From NCBI GenBank assembly GCA_963665095.1, contig OY762069.1:2656001-2720000 (forward strand): DNA of 64,000 bases, given 5' to 3'. A program made the position numbers and the translations under genes. Within the stretch, counting starts at the first letter, position 1; the number at the start of each line of letters is the position of its first letter. The notes below the pieces were generated by a model that was given only the letters and a program-made list of their open reading frames with translations, was not told where the DNA came from and made no database searches. Below are positions 20,098 through 30,283 of the stretch, piece by piece. This DNA comes from an uncultured Desulfobacter sp. GTDB taxonomy: Bacteria > Desulfobacterota > Desulfobacteria > Desulfobacterales > Desulfobacteraceae.

Positions 20098-20801
20098 TTT
20101 TCCCCCAAGGTATTGCGTTGGGTGGTAAAGTCAAAATTATTATTTACCCAATATTATTATTCAATCTCCACAGACCACCCTATGATCGGAACGTCGGTGG
20201 CGTCCACATCACCGGTATCCGTCGCCGCCCATACCACCACGATGTATTTGCCGGACTGCGTAAAGGTGTAGGAGATTGAACCGGAGGATATCCACTCCGT
20301 GTCCGTCATCTGCAACCAGTGTTCGCTGTCATAGGAAGCGGTTCCGTAGTCGGGATGCACTGAAAAACGGTAATTCATGGAAGAACTGCAACCGTCATCC
20401 GCCGTGACGGTAAATGCCGTACTGGAATTGACCGTTTTATCGCCAGCGGCTGAAAAGGAGGTGAAGTTGACCGGACAGCTATTTTCACTGATATTAAGAG
20501 AGCACCCAAGTATAGGTATGCCCGTTGCCCCGACACCTTCCGTGCTCTCCGATACCCATACGACCACAATGTATTTCCCCGTCTGGGTAAAGGTATAGCT
20601 GACGGCATTGGAGGATACCCACTCCGTATCGGTCATGCTGCGCCAGTGCTGACCGTCATACCCGCTGGTGCCGTAATCCGGGTGAACGGAAAACCGGTAG
20701 TACAGGACCGCGTCCTCTTCATGGGAGGCACTGACCAAAAAGGTCACCGGGCTGTTAACTGATAGATCCCCGAAAATGCTTAAGCCTGTTATGTCGATGC
20801 T
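19057..20801 (-). repeat. Four copies of a ~105-aa coding repeat shared by two adjacent genes
   Basis: Copies at about 19057-19374, 19398-19716, 20160-20474 and 20484-20801, with near-invariant HPDYGT, MTDTEW and G[KR]Y[IV]VVVW. Confidence 0.9.
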
Positions 20802-23708
20802 GTGCTGTCCTGCGGACTGGGTTACACTGGTGTTGACCGGAAAAGAGATACTGCCGAAAGCATCTTCGGCATACACGGCAACATTGTAGGTGCCGGACTG
20901 TGAAAAATCGGTGTAGGTACCGCTGTACATGCCCTGACTGTCTGCTGTCATTTCGATCACGGGCAGGGTCAGCACCGGCTCCGACGGGTCGACAGATGAA
21001 CTGTCCGGCGGCGTGATCACGGCCCAGACCCTTGAAATCCCGTTGGCGTCCACAATATTCCGGGCCCATACCGTGGCCGTGGAAGACCCGTCGGAAAGGG
21101 TCTGCGCAGGGGATATGGAACCGATCACCGGAATATCATCCGCCGAGACAACTCCATTGCCGATATAGATGGTTCCGGCAATATTCCCTTCACTGATTTC
21201 GTTGGGCAGGCCGTTTCCGGTATCGTCCAAACCCGGGGTTTGATTCGCATAGGTGTATTCCACAGCATTTTTGGTAGAAATAAATGCATCGCCGATACTC
21301 ATGCCGTTAAAAATGCATCCCCAGAACAGATAGGAAAACGAAAGGGAACCGCCGGACGTAAAATAGGCGCGTTCATCCTCCCCGGCGCTGGTCACCAGTA
21401 TCCTGGTGGTTCCGGAAGAAGGTGCAAGCGGAGCCAGAAAGCTCCCTGACTGACAGGCATCATAAATCAGAGCCACATTCCCCGTAATGGCGGTTTCGGC
21501 CTGTGAAATCCAGGCGTTCAGATCGGCTGCGCTTAACAGTTCAGACTCACTGAGCCTGAATGTCTGATTCCCCCCGTGATCGGTGATATAAATCACAAGA
21601 TCATCTGCATCCGATGCCCAGGAGGTGATGGCATACTGAAGATTCGCCTTTGTGGCATCAGCATCCACATCATCAAACGCTCCGTTGCCGTCCAGGTCCA
21701 GATCGGAATCGGCGCTCAGATAATAGATCGTCTCTTTTGAGAATCCCTGGTACATCAGTACCCGGTATGCGTAATTGGTACACACCTGGGTGGCATCCCA
21801 CAGGGTATTTCCCGAATAGGGACCTCCGCCGGCAACAATAATGGCTTTCTGTGTTCCGGTTTCAGAATCGGTCTGGGTCCCGCCCCTTGAAAACACCTGG
21901 ACGCGGTTATTGGGGGCTTCGCCCACATAAAGACGGTCCCCATCAGGGGATACGGCAATGGCAGCCGGCCGGCTGAACATCCCCGGATCCGTTCCCATAG
22001 AGCCCACCACCTCGGTCAGATCCCCGCTGCTGTTAAAAATCAGAATCCGGTGGCCCCACCGGTCGGCAACATAAAAATTACCGTTCTGGTCAAAGGCGAG
22101 CCTGCTCGGATCATTCATGTTTTCATCTGTATTGAAATCCCCGGTGATTCTTTCAACAAACACCCCTGCGGACGTGTACTTTTTTATAGAAGAATCTTCC
22201 TGTTCAGATACGTACATATTGCCCTGTGCATCAACTGCGACATCTGCAGGATAAAGAAACTGAGAATCGCCGGTACCCTCTGTGCCGAGTTGCGAAAGGA
22301 AGGTGCCGTCTGAAGCAAATTTCTGGATCCTGTAATTGCCGGCATCCACCACATACACATTTCCGGAACTGTCAAGCCCGATCCCCCGGGGTTCTTTGAA
22401 CTGGCCGTCACCACTTCCCTCGGATCCCCACTGGGACAGATAATCTCCATCAAGATTAAATGTCTGAATCCGGTGGTTGTAGGAATCCACCACATAAACC
22501 GTACCGGAGCTGCTGACGGCAATATCCTCCGGGTTATTAAACCTGCCGGCGACCGCTCCGTTTTCTCCCCAGGCAGTGATAAACTGCCCGGTGGAGGAAA
22601 ATTTCTGGATCCGGTGGTTGCCGTTATCACAAACGTAAAGATATCCATCCGAATCCAGTGCGAGTCCTGAGGGATTGTCAAAGGTGCCTGTATCTCTTCC
22701 TGCACCTCCCCAATTGGCGATAAACCGGCTCTGGGAAAACTTCCGGATACCCGGATCTCCGGCATCGCTGACATACACATGCCCGCTGCTGTCAACGCTT
22801 ATGCCTGCCGGATAAGAAAAAATGAGTTCCTCGGTTCCGGAATATTCCCATCCTGTAATGCCGTAGCTGCCGACATATACACCGTCCGAAGTGAACTGTT
22901 TGACATTATAAGTATCCGCCACCCAGATATTCCCTGAATCATCTGCATAGATATCGCCCCGGCATACGCTGTCCCCATCGCTGAAATCTAAATTCCATGG
23001 ATCATCCCCCTCTTCTCCCCATTGGGTCACATAGGTACCATCGGATGTAAATTTCTGGACCCGGCAGTTGTCTGCATCCACCACATAGACATAGCCGCTG
23101 TTGTCCACGGAAATGGCACTCGGAGAGCTCATCTGGCCGTTGCCGCTCCCCTGGCTTCCCCACCGGGCAGCCAGGGCACCGTCCGGACTGTACCTGCTGA
23201 CGTTGTGATGATCCAGGTCGGTCACATAAATATAACCGGAACTGTCAACGGCAATCCCGGAAAACGATTTGTATATATCCTCACCACCTGAATAGGTCTC
23301 AAACCCGTCCAGGTATTCCCCATTGGACGAAAATTTCTGAACCCGGTAATTGTGCCGGTCACAGATATACACATTACCGGAGCCATCAACGGCAATGGCC
23401 GTGGGTCCGCTCAGTTTCCCCGCACTGGAACCTGCCACCCCCCATTTTAGGACAAACTGCCCGTCTGTCGTGAATTTCTGAATCCGGTCCAGCTCCAGGT
23501 CGACCACATAAAAATAGCCGCTGCTGTCAACCGCAATATCCTTTGGGTATGAGAAATACCAGGGCTGGGAAAGGGCCGGCCACATGCGCTCAAATCCCAG
23601 CGCATCAGATTCGGCCCGGGCAGGAATGGCAAAAACGGGGAGAATGAAAAATATCAAAAGAATACATGCCATGACCTTTTTTCCGGTCAAATAATGTAAA
23701 CTCGTCAT
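20157..23708 (-). CDS. Exported NHL-repeat beta-propeller protein with C13/clan CD cysteine peptidase domain and two C-terminal repeat domains
   Basis: Signal peptide; about 12 NHL repeats (P.GIAVDSSG.VYV.D..N.RIQKF); KAIIVAGG, ITDHGG and YDACQSGSF dyad motifs. Confidence 0.88.
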   Translation of the reverse strand: MTSLHYLTGKKVMACILLIFFILPVFAIPARAESDALGFERMWPALSQPWYFSYPKDIAVDSSGYFYVVDLELDRIQKFTTDGQFVLKWGVAGSSAGKLSGPTAIAVDGSGNVYICDRHNYRVQKFSSNGEYLDGFETYSGGEDIYKSFSGIAVDSSGYIYVTDLDHHNVSRYSPDGALAARWGSQGSGNGQMSSPSAISVDNSGYVYVVDADNCRVQKFTSDGTYVTQWGEEGDDPWNLDFSDGDSVCRGDIYADDSGNIWVADTYNVKQFTSDGVYVGSYGITGWEYSGTEELIFSYPAGISVDSSGHVYVSDAGDPGIRKFSQSRFIANWGGAGRDTGTFDNPSGLALDSDGYLYVCDNGNHRIQKFSSTGQFITAWGENGAVAGRFNNPEDIAVSSSGTVYVVDSYNHRIQTFNLDGDYLSQWGSEGSGDGQFKEPRGIGLDSSGNVYVVDAGNYRIQKFASDGTFLSQLGTEGTGDSQFLYPADVAVDAQGNMYVSEQEDSSIKKYTSAGVFVERITGDFNTDENMNDPSRLAFDQNGNFYVADRWGHRILIFNSSGDLTEVVGSMGTDPGMFSRPAAIAVSPDGDRLYVGEAPNNRVQVFSRGGTQTDSETGTQKAIIVAGGGPYSGNTLWDATQVCTNYAYRVLMYQGFSKETIYYLSADSDLDLDGNGAFDDVDADATKANLQYAITSWASDADDLVIYITDHGGNQTFRLSESELLSAADLNAWISQAETAITGNVALIYDACQSGSFLAPLAPSSGTTRILVTSAGEDERAYFTSGGSLSFSYLFWGCIFNGMSIGDAFISTKNAVEYTYANQTPGLDDTGNGLPNEISEGNIAGTIYIGNGVVSADDIPVIGSISPAQTLSDGSSTATVWARNIVDANGISRVWAVITPPDSSSVDPSEPVLTLPVIEMTADSQGMYSGTYTDFSQSGTYNVAVYAEDAFGSISFPVNTSVTQSAGQHSIDITGLSIFGDLSVNSPVTFLVSASHEEDAVLYYRFSVHPDYGTSGYDGQHWRSMTDTEWVSSNAVSYTFTQTGKYIVVVWVSESTEGVGATGIPILGCSLNISENSCPVNFTSFSAAGDKTVNSSTAFTVTADDGCSSSMNYRFSVHPDYGTASYDSEHWLQMTDTEWISSGSISYTFTQSGKYIVVVWAATDTGDVDATDVPIIGWSVEIE

Positions 23709-23861
23709 GCCGGAACCCCTTTATGAACGTTATTTTTAAAAAGAAATTATTTTAACATATCAGAATTACAAAAGAATTAAAAGACAGTGACTTGCCCCCA
23801 TTTGTCTACCTGGGGCTGTCTGACCCAGAATACCGCCTTAAGACCTCTTTAATGCACCTGG

Positions 23862-24040
23862 GCGGTCTGGTTCGCCAGGTCCTTGATCCCATTGGCAACG
23901 ACGGCAAAGCCTTTGCCGGCCTCCCCTGCCCTCGCAGCTTCAATGATGGCGTTCAAGGCCAAAAGATTGGTCTGTTCGGAAATATCGGTTAGGTTTTAAC
24001 CTCTTTACCGATATCCAGGGCAAAACGGCCCAGGACCCCA
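23862..24040 (-). pseudogene. Remnant of a methyl-accepting chemotaxis protein signalling domain
   Basis: Minus strand reads [15 protein letters not shown], a frameshift, then [42 protein letters not shown]; no start or rest of gene. Confidence 0.8.
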
Positions 24041-24300
24041 TTTTTTTCAGATGCATTCCGGGTTTTGGCAAAGGTATTATGCCAGGGCCATGAATTTTTT
24101 CCGCGGCGGTTTTGTACACGGATTTTGGATTCTGTTTTATAAATTCAATTCTTCTCAAGCAGGACTTTGATGTTTTAACTTTCTCCCATCAAATGGGAAC
24201 CCCGCTTTTACCCTTGTATCAGCACCTCATATCAACTATATCTTCAATGCCATATATCATAACCGTCCATAAAAATAGGGGTATAATTCAGGAGTGAAGA

Positions 24301-24768
24301 ATGTCTTTAGAAGCTGTCATTGAATACTTTTCAGAATATGATATGAATCATCGTGTCATGGTTTTATAAAATTCCATAGCGACTGTTAAAGAAGCTGCCC
24401 AGGTACATGGAGTAGACCCTGACCAAATAGGGAAAACTTTGTCGTTCATGGTAGATGAAAAACCTATTTTAAGTGTTGTTGCTGGCAACGCTAAAATTGA
24501 TAATAAAAAATACAAAGGTACATTTTTCAAGAAAGCTAAAATGCTCAGTAAAGATGAGGCCCTTGAGCATTCTGGACATGCCGTCGGTGGCATTTGTCCT
24601 TTCGGGCTGAAGGCACCGATTGACGTATATCTGGATGTGTCGTTGAAAAAACATGCAGAAATTATCCCGGCTGCCGGTGATAGCTGCTCTTCGATAAAAT
24701 TGACTATTGAAGAGCTTAAGCAATATTCAAACTGCAAAGAATGGGTTGATGTTTGTAAGTATGATTGA
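24301..24768 (+). pseudogene. YbaK/EbsC family aminoacyl-tRNA deacylase with in-frame stop
   Basis: ATG at 24301 after AGGAG reads MSLEAVIEYF...VMVL*NSIATVKEAA...QIGKTL...GGICPFG; TAA at 24367-24369. Confidence 0.8.
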
Positions 24769-25355
24769 TTCATCGGCCTTTAATGAACGCTAAATTTTCT
24801 ATGAAACGTAAAAACCCTTTTTTAGTTTCCTTTCTGACCGCAGGTATGTGCGCTTTTGGCGTTTTCTGCATCGCGCATTTCAGCCCCACATCTTACTTTA
24901 ATCCCTTAACCATGATAGCGGACCACTGGCTGGTGGTTTTTAGTGGCTTGACCTTGAGTGCTCTATCAGGCGCTCTGTGGACCCGTGATATTTTTCAAAG
25001 CATCATGCTGGCATTGGGCGGATTCTTTCTGCTGACCGGTTTTTATTTCTTGGGCAACGGTATGCTGGACGGGCACAGCCCAGCAGTACATAGATATTAC
25101 ATAATAGCCAAAGACAAAGAATATGAAGATGCCGGTGCAAAGCCAGGTTATTGGAACTATTATTTAAAAGGCAAGACAGCACAAGGGCTGCAGTTTCGGT
25201 TTTCCACATCGGTGGGGCATATCACCGGTCAGGAGTGGGAAATCGCGCAACCCGACAGTGGAGATTTTATTGAAGTTCATGAACGCCCCGGTGCTTTTGG
25301 CACAGCCTGGCGGGAAATAAAGGGATTAAGACGGGAGAAAACACCAATAGAGTGA
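24765..25355 (+). CDS. Hypothetical membrane protein
   Basis: Three hydrophobic segments and a soluble C-terminus. Confidence 0.6.
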   Translation: MIHRPLMNAKFSMKRKNPFLVSFLTAGMCAFGVFCIAHFSPTSYFNPLTMIADHWLVVFSGLTLSALSGALWTRDIFQSIMLALGGFFLLTGFYFLGNGMLDGHSPAVHRYYIIAKDKEYEDAGAKPGYWNYYLKGKTAQGLQFRFSTSVGHITGQEWEIAQPDSGDFIEVHERPGAFGTAWREIKGLRREKTPIE

Positions 25356-25500
25356 TGGGTATACAGATACTGAAAAAATATGGCAGGGTTTAAAGACTAT
25401 TATAGATAAAAGTCACATAACCCGGCGCTCTTAAGGACAGGTTGTTCTGTGATAAAGCGACCTGGTGGAAAGGCCTTGTAATGGCTATTTGTAAAATTGT

Positions 25501-25855
25501 TTACAAAAACAGATCCGGCCCGGCAAAAACCAGGCAGGCCCGGTGCAGGCCGCCCTCTTCCCGGCTGGTATAGGACCAGCCGAGCCGATCACACAGCTGG
25601 CGGATCAACTGCAGGCCCAGGCCAAAGCCCAGATCCCGGGGATTATTCTCTTCTGTTTCAATGTCATTGATGATCTGCACGCAGGTTTCGGTCTGAACGA
25701 TTCGCACCCGGCCCTGCCAGGTATGCTGAAAAGCGTTGCGGATCAGATTTCCCGTCACAATGCGCGCCGGCACTTCGGGCAGGGTCAACACCGCCGGTAC
25801 TGTATCCTGGTTCACCTCAACCGCCTTGTCCCTGAGCAGGTAGCTGGCTTCTTCC
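25501..25855 (-). pseudogene. Duplicated 3' fragment of the sensor histidine kinase
   Basis: Near-identical to about 30290-30644 (EEASYLLRDK...NLIRNAFQH...GFGLGL) with a different C-terminal tail. Confidence 0.92.
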
Positions 25856-26828
25856 ATGATGAAAGAGAGCTGCCAATCATACCCCAACAGGATTTCTTTT
25901 CCCGGACAAAAGAAAGGCGCCGGCCCTTTTAACAAAGAGCCCTGGGCGACCGTCAGGAAAAGTGGTCTATTTTGCCGGCTGCAGTGCAGGATATTTTTTT
26001 CCTGAGGTGGCAAAGTCTGCGGTTCAACTGCTTGAAAGCGCCGGCACAGACGTGGCTGTTCCCGAACAGGACTGCTGCAGCATGCCGCTGCTGATGGAAG
26101 GATACAGACAAAAAGCTCTGGAAAAAATCAAGGCCAATGTCTTTGAACTTGTCAAGGCGGTAAGAAACGGATATGCCTTTGTCTCATCCTGTCCTACTTG
26201 CGTCTATTTTTTCAAAAAAGTGCTTCTGGAAAATGCCTATTTTTCCCCAAAAGCCCAGGAAGCCCTGAACGCCGGCAACAACCAGATGAAGGTCCCGTCG
26301 GTATCTGACAAATTTTTATCCCTGCCCAAAAGCATATATGGCAAAATCTTACAGGATGACGGATACTTCTCATCCATTGACCCGCTTGACAGAATAGACC
26401 TTTCCAATGCGGTTATGGATCTTGGCCAGTACCTGTTATCCCTTCAGAAAGAGGCCCGGTTCGCCGTCGAACTGAACGGTACATCAACGCCGCTAATCTG
26501 CTTTGCCCCGTGCCATCAAAGGGAGCTTGACATCGGGCAACCCTATTTTAAAATTTTTTCATCCATTCCGGGAACTGATATAAAACAGGAGGGAGGTTCA
26601 CTTGACTGCTGCGGCATGACCGGCCACCTGGGGTATAAACAAGCATTCCATGACGCATCCCGGGAAATTGGCCGCCCATTGTTCAAAAAACTTGCAGCTG
26701 AAAAACACCGCACCCTGATAACGGACTGTTTAAGCTGCAGGATGCAGTTTGCCCATGAACTACCCATGGAAATATATCACCCGATCCAGTTGTTGCAGAT
26801 CAGACACACAGATCTACCGGTCGGATAA
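25853..26828 (+). pseudogene. Duplicated, 5'-truncated copy of the GlpC-like gene
   Basis: Aligns to 15558-16528; lacks the N-terminal Fe-S domain; first ~100 bp diverged with indels. Confidence 0.92.
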
Positions 26829-26927
26829 AAAACAGGTAAAACAGGAATCGCATCTGTTATTCCCCCACAATGCCTGCGTTATTGAATCCTATTTAATCAG
26901 GGGTGTGGTGATGACGGAGCTTTGCAG

Positions 26928-27655
26928 CTATGCCTGAGACCTTTCCAGATCCTTGATCAGGCGGGGAATATAGCTTTCGTCATCAGCGCTTAGCCTGTGG
27001 TTGTCTCCAACGTCCAAAAGGTTGGCCGTATTTGCAATAAATATTTTCAGCGCCCCAACTCTTTGCTCGAACCAGGAGGCTTTTGTGTTAATTCTGGCCT
27101 CTTCTTTTAAAATGATCCTTTTTCCCGGATGGCTATAGAAGGGTTCCGGAGGGACATGGGGGACAATATCACCGGAATTTACCACCCTGAAATGAGGTCC
27201 GGCCACCCGGCTGTTGAGCCTGATTTCAAAGGCCCCGTTACCCAGATTTTTTTATTTTCAGGGGCGGCGGAGTCAATCAGATTTGTTAAGCTTATGACCG
27301 CAGGAAACAGGGCATCCTGAAACCCCTCGTGCACTTTTGTCTCTTTCAATGGGCCGGGATCATATACTGCCTGAAAATTGCTGAACCAGTCTTTCAGGTC
27401 GTCACTTCCCCTGAAGACCACTACGATATTGTCATCATTGGATATTACAAAATACTGGGTGTCGATATCCGGTTTTTTGACAATGCTTTCACATCCGATG
27501 AGTTTGTATCCCCATCCTTGTATCGTGCCAGATATTTTAGCCTTCTTTTTTTCATAGGCAAGATTACAGGCCACAGCCAAAGATAATGATGTTTTCTCAC
27601 TATAAGTTTTTTTCTCCTCAAGACCTTTAAAATATTTGTAATATTTCATGTCCAA
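26928..27655 (-). pseudogene. Class 3 lipase family gene with internal deletion and frameshift
   Basis: VVVFRGS, VHEGF and IWVTG, then an out-of-frame jump to FRVVNSGDIVPHVPP; GHSLG is missing. Confidence 0.85.
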
Positions 27656-28082
27656 CCCCTCCTTTTTTCTCCTTCTGGCTGAAACCAGCCAATATTGACT
27701 GCAAAAACGTGCTCAAAACGACCATTCCCTTTTTTGCCCTTTAAAGACGACTTAAATATAACTTGTAATTTAAGGTAGTTATAATAATATCTCTTGGCCT
27801 CAAATCTTACTCTAAATGGAAATCGAACGTAAATTGAGAATAAGAATCAGGTTCTCATATGCGATAAACTCATTGAAGAAATCCAAACAGAATCGCGCCA
27901 AGCCAGCCCATGAGAGCTTACCGTATTTTTATAAAATTTTATCTCTTATTGCACTAACTAATAGAAAGCATAGAAGATAGTGCTTTTAAAATTTCAAACA
28001 GCTTTGACTGAATCTCATGAAAAAAAAATGAAATAAGATAGAAAACGTATGCAACTTCCAGAAATCATTGTTCATGCCCCCC

Positions 28083-28976
28083 TCACACCACGGGCCGCTT
28101 TTTGACAAACATGTCCTTGTCCCTGGTCACCAGTCCTTTGCGTTTCAGCCGTTCCAGATGCTTTTCCATAATGGCCCTTTCTCCGAACTCAAAAAAATGG
28201 CGGGGCTCCCGGGGCCGGCCGTAAACAATGGCGGCCCCGATGATTCCCTCCATGGTGTGGGGTGTTTCCAGAAGGGCCAAAAGTTTTTCCTCCCGGGTTT
28301 GGATAATGCCCAGATAGCTGTTCCAGAGATGATCCGACGTTTCCTCGAAAAAACCGGTCCCATGGGATGTGATGTGAATACCGGCTGGTATGCCCCGGAG
28401 GTGGTTGATGGACCGGATAAGCATATCAATATCCGAATCCCGGTCGCCGTACCAGGGGCCGAAAGAAGACATGTCGTAGTCTCCCATAAACAGGAGATCG
28501 GGAGCGTCAAAATAAAACGCAGCGTGCCCCGGTGTATGGCCGGGAGCGGCGATGATCGAAACCCGGGTGCTTCCCAGATCCACGGTTTCCCCGTCCCGCA
28601 GAAACCGGTCAGGTGTCCTGGGTCTGAAATGAAAGAAATCCTGCAGCTGGATATACCAGTCGTCCCTGAATTCCGCATCCATACCGTAGGCGTCCAGCAG
28701 GTTTTCCATATTTGCCAGCGGCAGGGCATCGGGTTCCATAATACAAAGGGGTAAGTCGTCGAACAGATCCAGATCCTTGAAATGATCTTCATGCCAGTGG
28801 CTGAGCCAGACCTGGTTCACCCCCTGCTCCTGCCGCAGCCGTTTCAGCCGGTCCCGGTCCGATGCCGGATCAATGAGAACTCCGGCCTCTGCCACATACA
28901 AAGAGTGACAATGGGGATACCGGCCCCGGTTTTTCCCCGGGATAAACATCACGGGTCCGAATTGTCTTTCTTCCAT
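28083..28976 (-). CDS. MBL-fold metallo-hydrolase
   Basis: SHWHEDH, PGHTPGH and MGD motifs. Confidence 0.9.
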   Translation of the reverse strand: MEERQFGPVMFIPGKNRGRYPHCHSLYVAEAGVLIDPASDRDRLKRLRQEQGVNQVWLSHWHEDHFKDLDLFDDLPLCIMEPDALPLANMENLLDAYGMDAEFRDDWYIQLQDFFHFRPRTPDRFLRDGETVDLGSTRVSIIAAPGHTPGHAAFYFDAPDLLFMGDYDMSSFGPWYGDRDSDIDMLIRSINHLRGIPAGIHITSHGTGFFEETSDHLWNSYLGIIQTREEKLLALLETPHTMEGIIGAAIVYGRPREPRHFFEFGERAIMEKHLERLKRKGLVTRDKDMFVKKRPVV

Positions 28977-29322
28977 AAAATTCGCTCGTTCCTGATGGTC
29001 TCACCGGTTTTCAAAATACCCTGACGTCCGGGGGCATCGTAGCATAATACCTATAGGCTCACAAGGCTGGATATAGTAACACAATCCGTCACCACCCGAC
29101 AGTGTCAGCAAACTCCGGAAAAAATTCGAGTTTGGCTAAGACGCTGAAGACCAGTCAAGTCATGCGGCCCAAGAAACTGATAACTGCGATGGAAGATAAC
29201 TTGTTTAAAAAATTATAGTAAGGCGGTATAGTCACAGGAATTTGAGAAGGTGAAAAACTGAATGGATCGTAATCAGGAATACATTTTGTATTGACAGGAC
29301 AAATGTAGAAAGGACGCTGCCA

Positions 29323-29772
29323 ATGAAAAATAATTACAAACAATATCTCATGGCTGCCGGGACATTATGTTTCCTGGCCGCCCTGTTTCAGGCGGTGATA
29401 GGATTTTTTCCGTCAGTGAGTTTGTACTTCGGAGCCCCGGAAGAACTTGTGGAAAGCCCCCCGGTCCTTATCTGTGCCAGCCTGCTTGTTTCAGTACTTC
29501 TTGTCGGTTCCGGGCTTTACGCCTTGTCAGGAGCCGGCCGTATCCAGAGTCTGCCCTGGTTAAGACAAACCCTTTTAATAATAAGCGGCGTTTTTATACT
29601 GCGCGGGGTGGCGCTTGTTCCGGAAATTCTGGTACTCATGGGTCTGCAGAACGCAGCCATACCTGTGCCGCCAAGGTTTGCGGTTCTTTCTGCAATTTCC
29701 CTGCTGATGGGCCTGATCTTTATAACAGGCACCATTGGCGGCTGGACATCGTTTTCTGTCAGCAACAAGTAA
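29323..29772 (+). CDS. Hypothetical 4-TM membrane protein
   Basis: RBS AAGGA; YFGAP, YALSGAG and FILRG segments. Confidence 0.7.
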   Translation: MKNNYKQYLMAAGTLCFLAALFQAVIGFFPSVSLYFGAPEELVESPPVLICASLLVSVLLVGSGLYALSGAGRIQSLPWLRQTLLIISGVFILRGVALVPEILVLMGLQNAAIPVPPRFAVLSAISLLMGLIFITGTIGGWTSFSVSNK

Positions 29773-29822
29773 TTACACAGTGAATATGTACAGCCATCCC
29801 GGGTATTAGGCCCACAGCAAGG

Positions 29823-30182
29823 TTACAACTTACCTTTTAGCATATCGCCAAGCCCGGCAAAAGGATTGGTGCTGCCGCCGGAATCCGTTGTGCTGCCGGC
29901 CACGTCATCGGAATAGGCATCAGCGACCTGGTCCCGGGAATGTTCGTTGTCGTGGCAATAGATACAAAGTAATTCCCAGTTGCTCCCATCAGACGGGTTA
30001 TTGTCGTGGTTATGGTCTTTGTGGTGAACAGTAAGTTCTTTGACTCGTTTGCCTTCAAACTCACGGCCACAATGGGCACAGATCCAGGGGAACATTTTAA
30101 GAGCACGCTCCCGGTAGCCAGCCTGGCGAGACTGTTGCTCTCTCAATACTTTCTGAACAAGGCTCTCTTCTTTATTCGGCAT
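29823..30182 (-). CDS. yajD: YajD family HNH nuclease
   Basis: YRERALKMFPWICAHCGREF...VHHKDHNHDNNPSDGSNWELLCIYCHDNEH. Confidence 0.88.
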   Translation of the reverse strand: MPNKEESLVQKVLREQQSRQAGYRERALKMFPWICAHCGREFEGKRVKELTVHHKDHNHDNNPSDGSNWELLCIYCHDNEHSRDQVADAYSDDVAGSTTDSGGSTNPFAGLGDMLKGKL

Positions 30183-30283
30183 ATAATCTACTCCTATTTT
30201 TCAACCGGCGCCTGAACAAAAATTGCCAACCTATTTTGTCGATGATGTCGGTTTAATAAACAAATCGAGTCAGGTAAGGATAG

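Noticed and set aside
21900..23560. Regularly spaced repeats as a CRISPR array
   Set aside because: They are degenerate in-frame NHL protein repeats; no identical DNA repeats with unique spacers and no cas genes
25410..25450. CATAAC...GTT as an integron attC site
   Set aside because: No convincing L/R box dyad and no integrase or further cassettes
25501..26013. 170-aa ORF as a novel small kinase
   Set aside because: Chimera of antisense glpC sequence and the duplicated kinase tail; no H-box
29823..30182. HNH nuclease as a homing endonuclease or defence system
   Set aside because: Matches the stand-alone chromosomal YajD family; no partner defence or mobile genes
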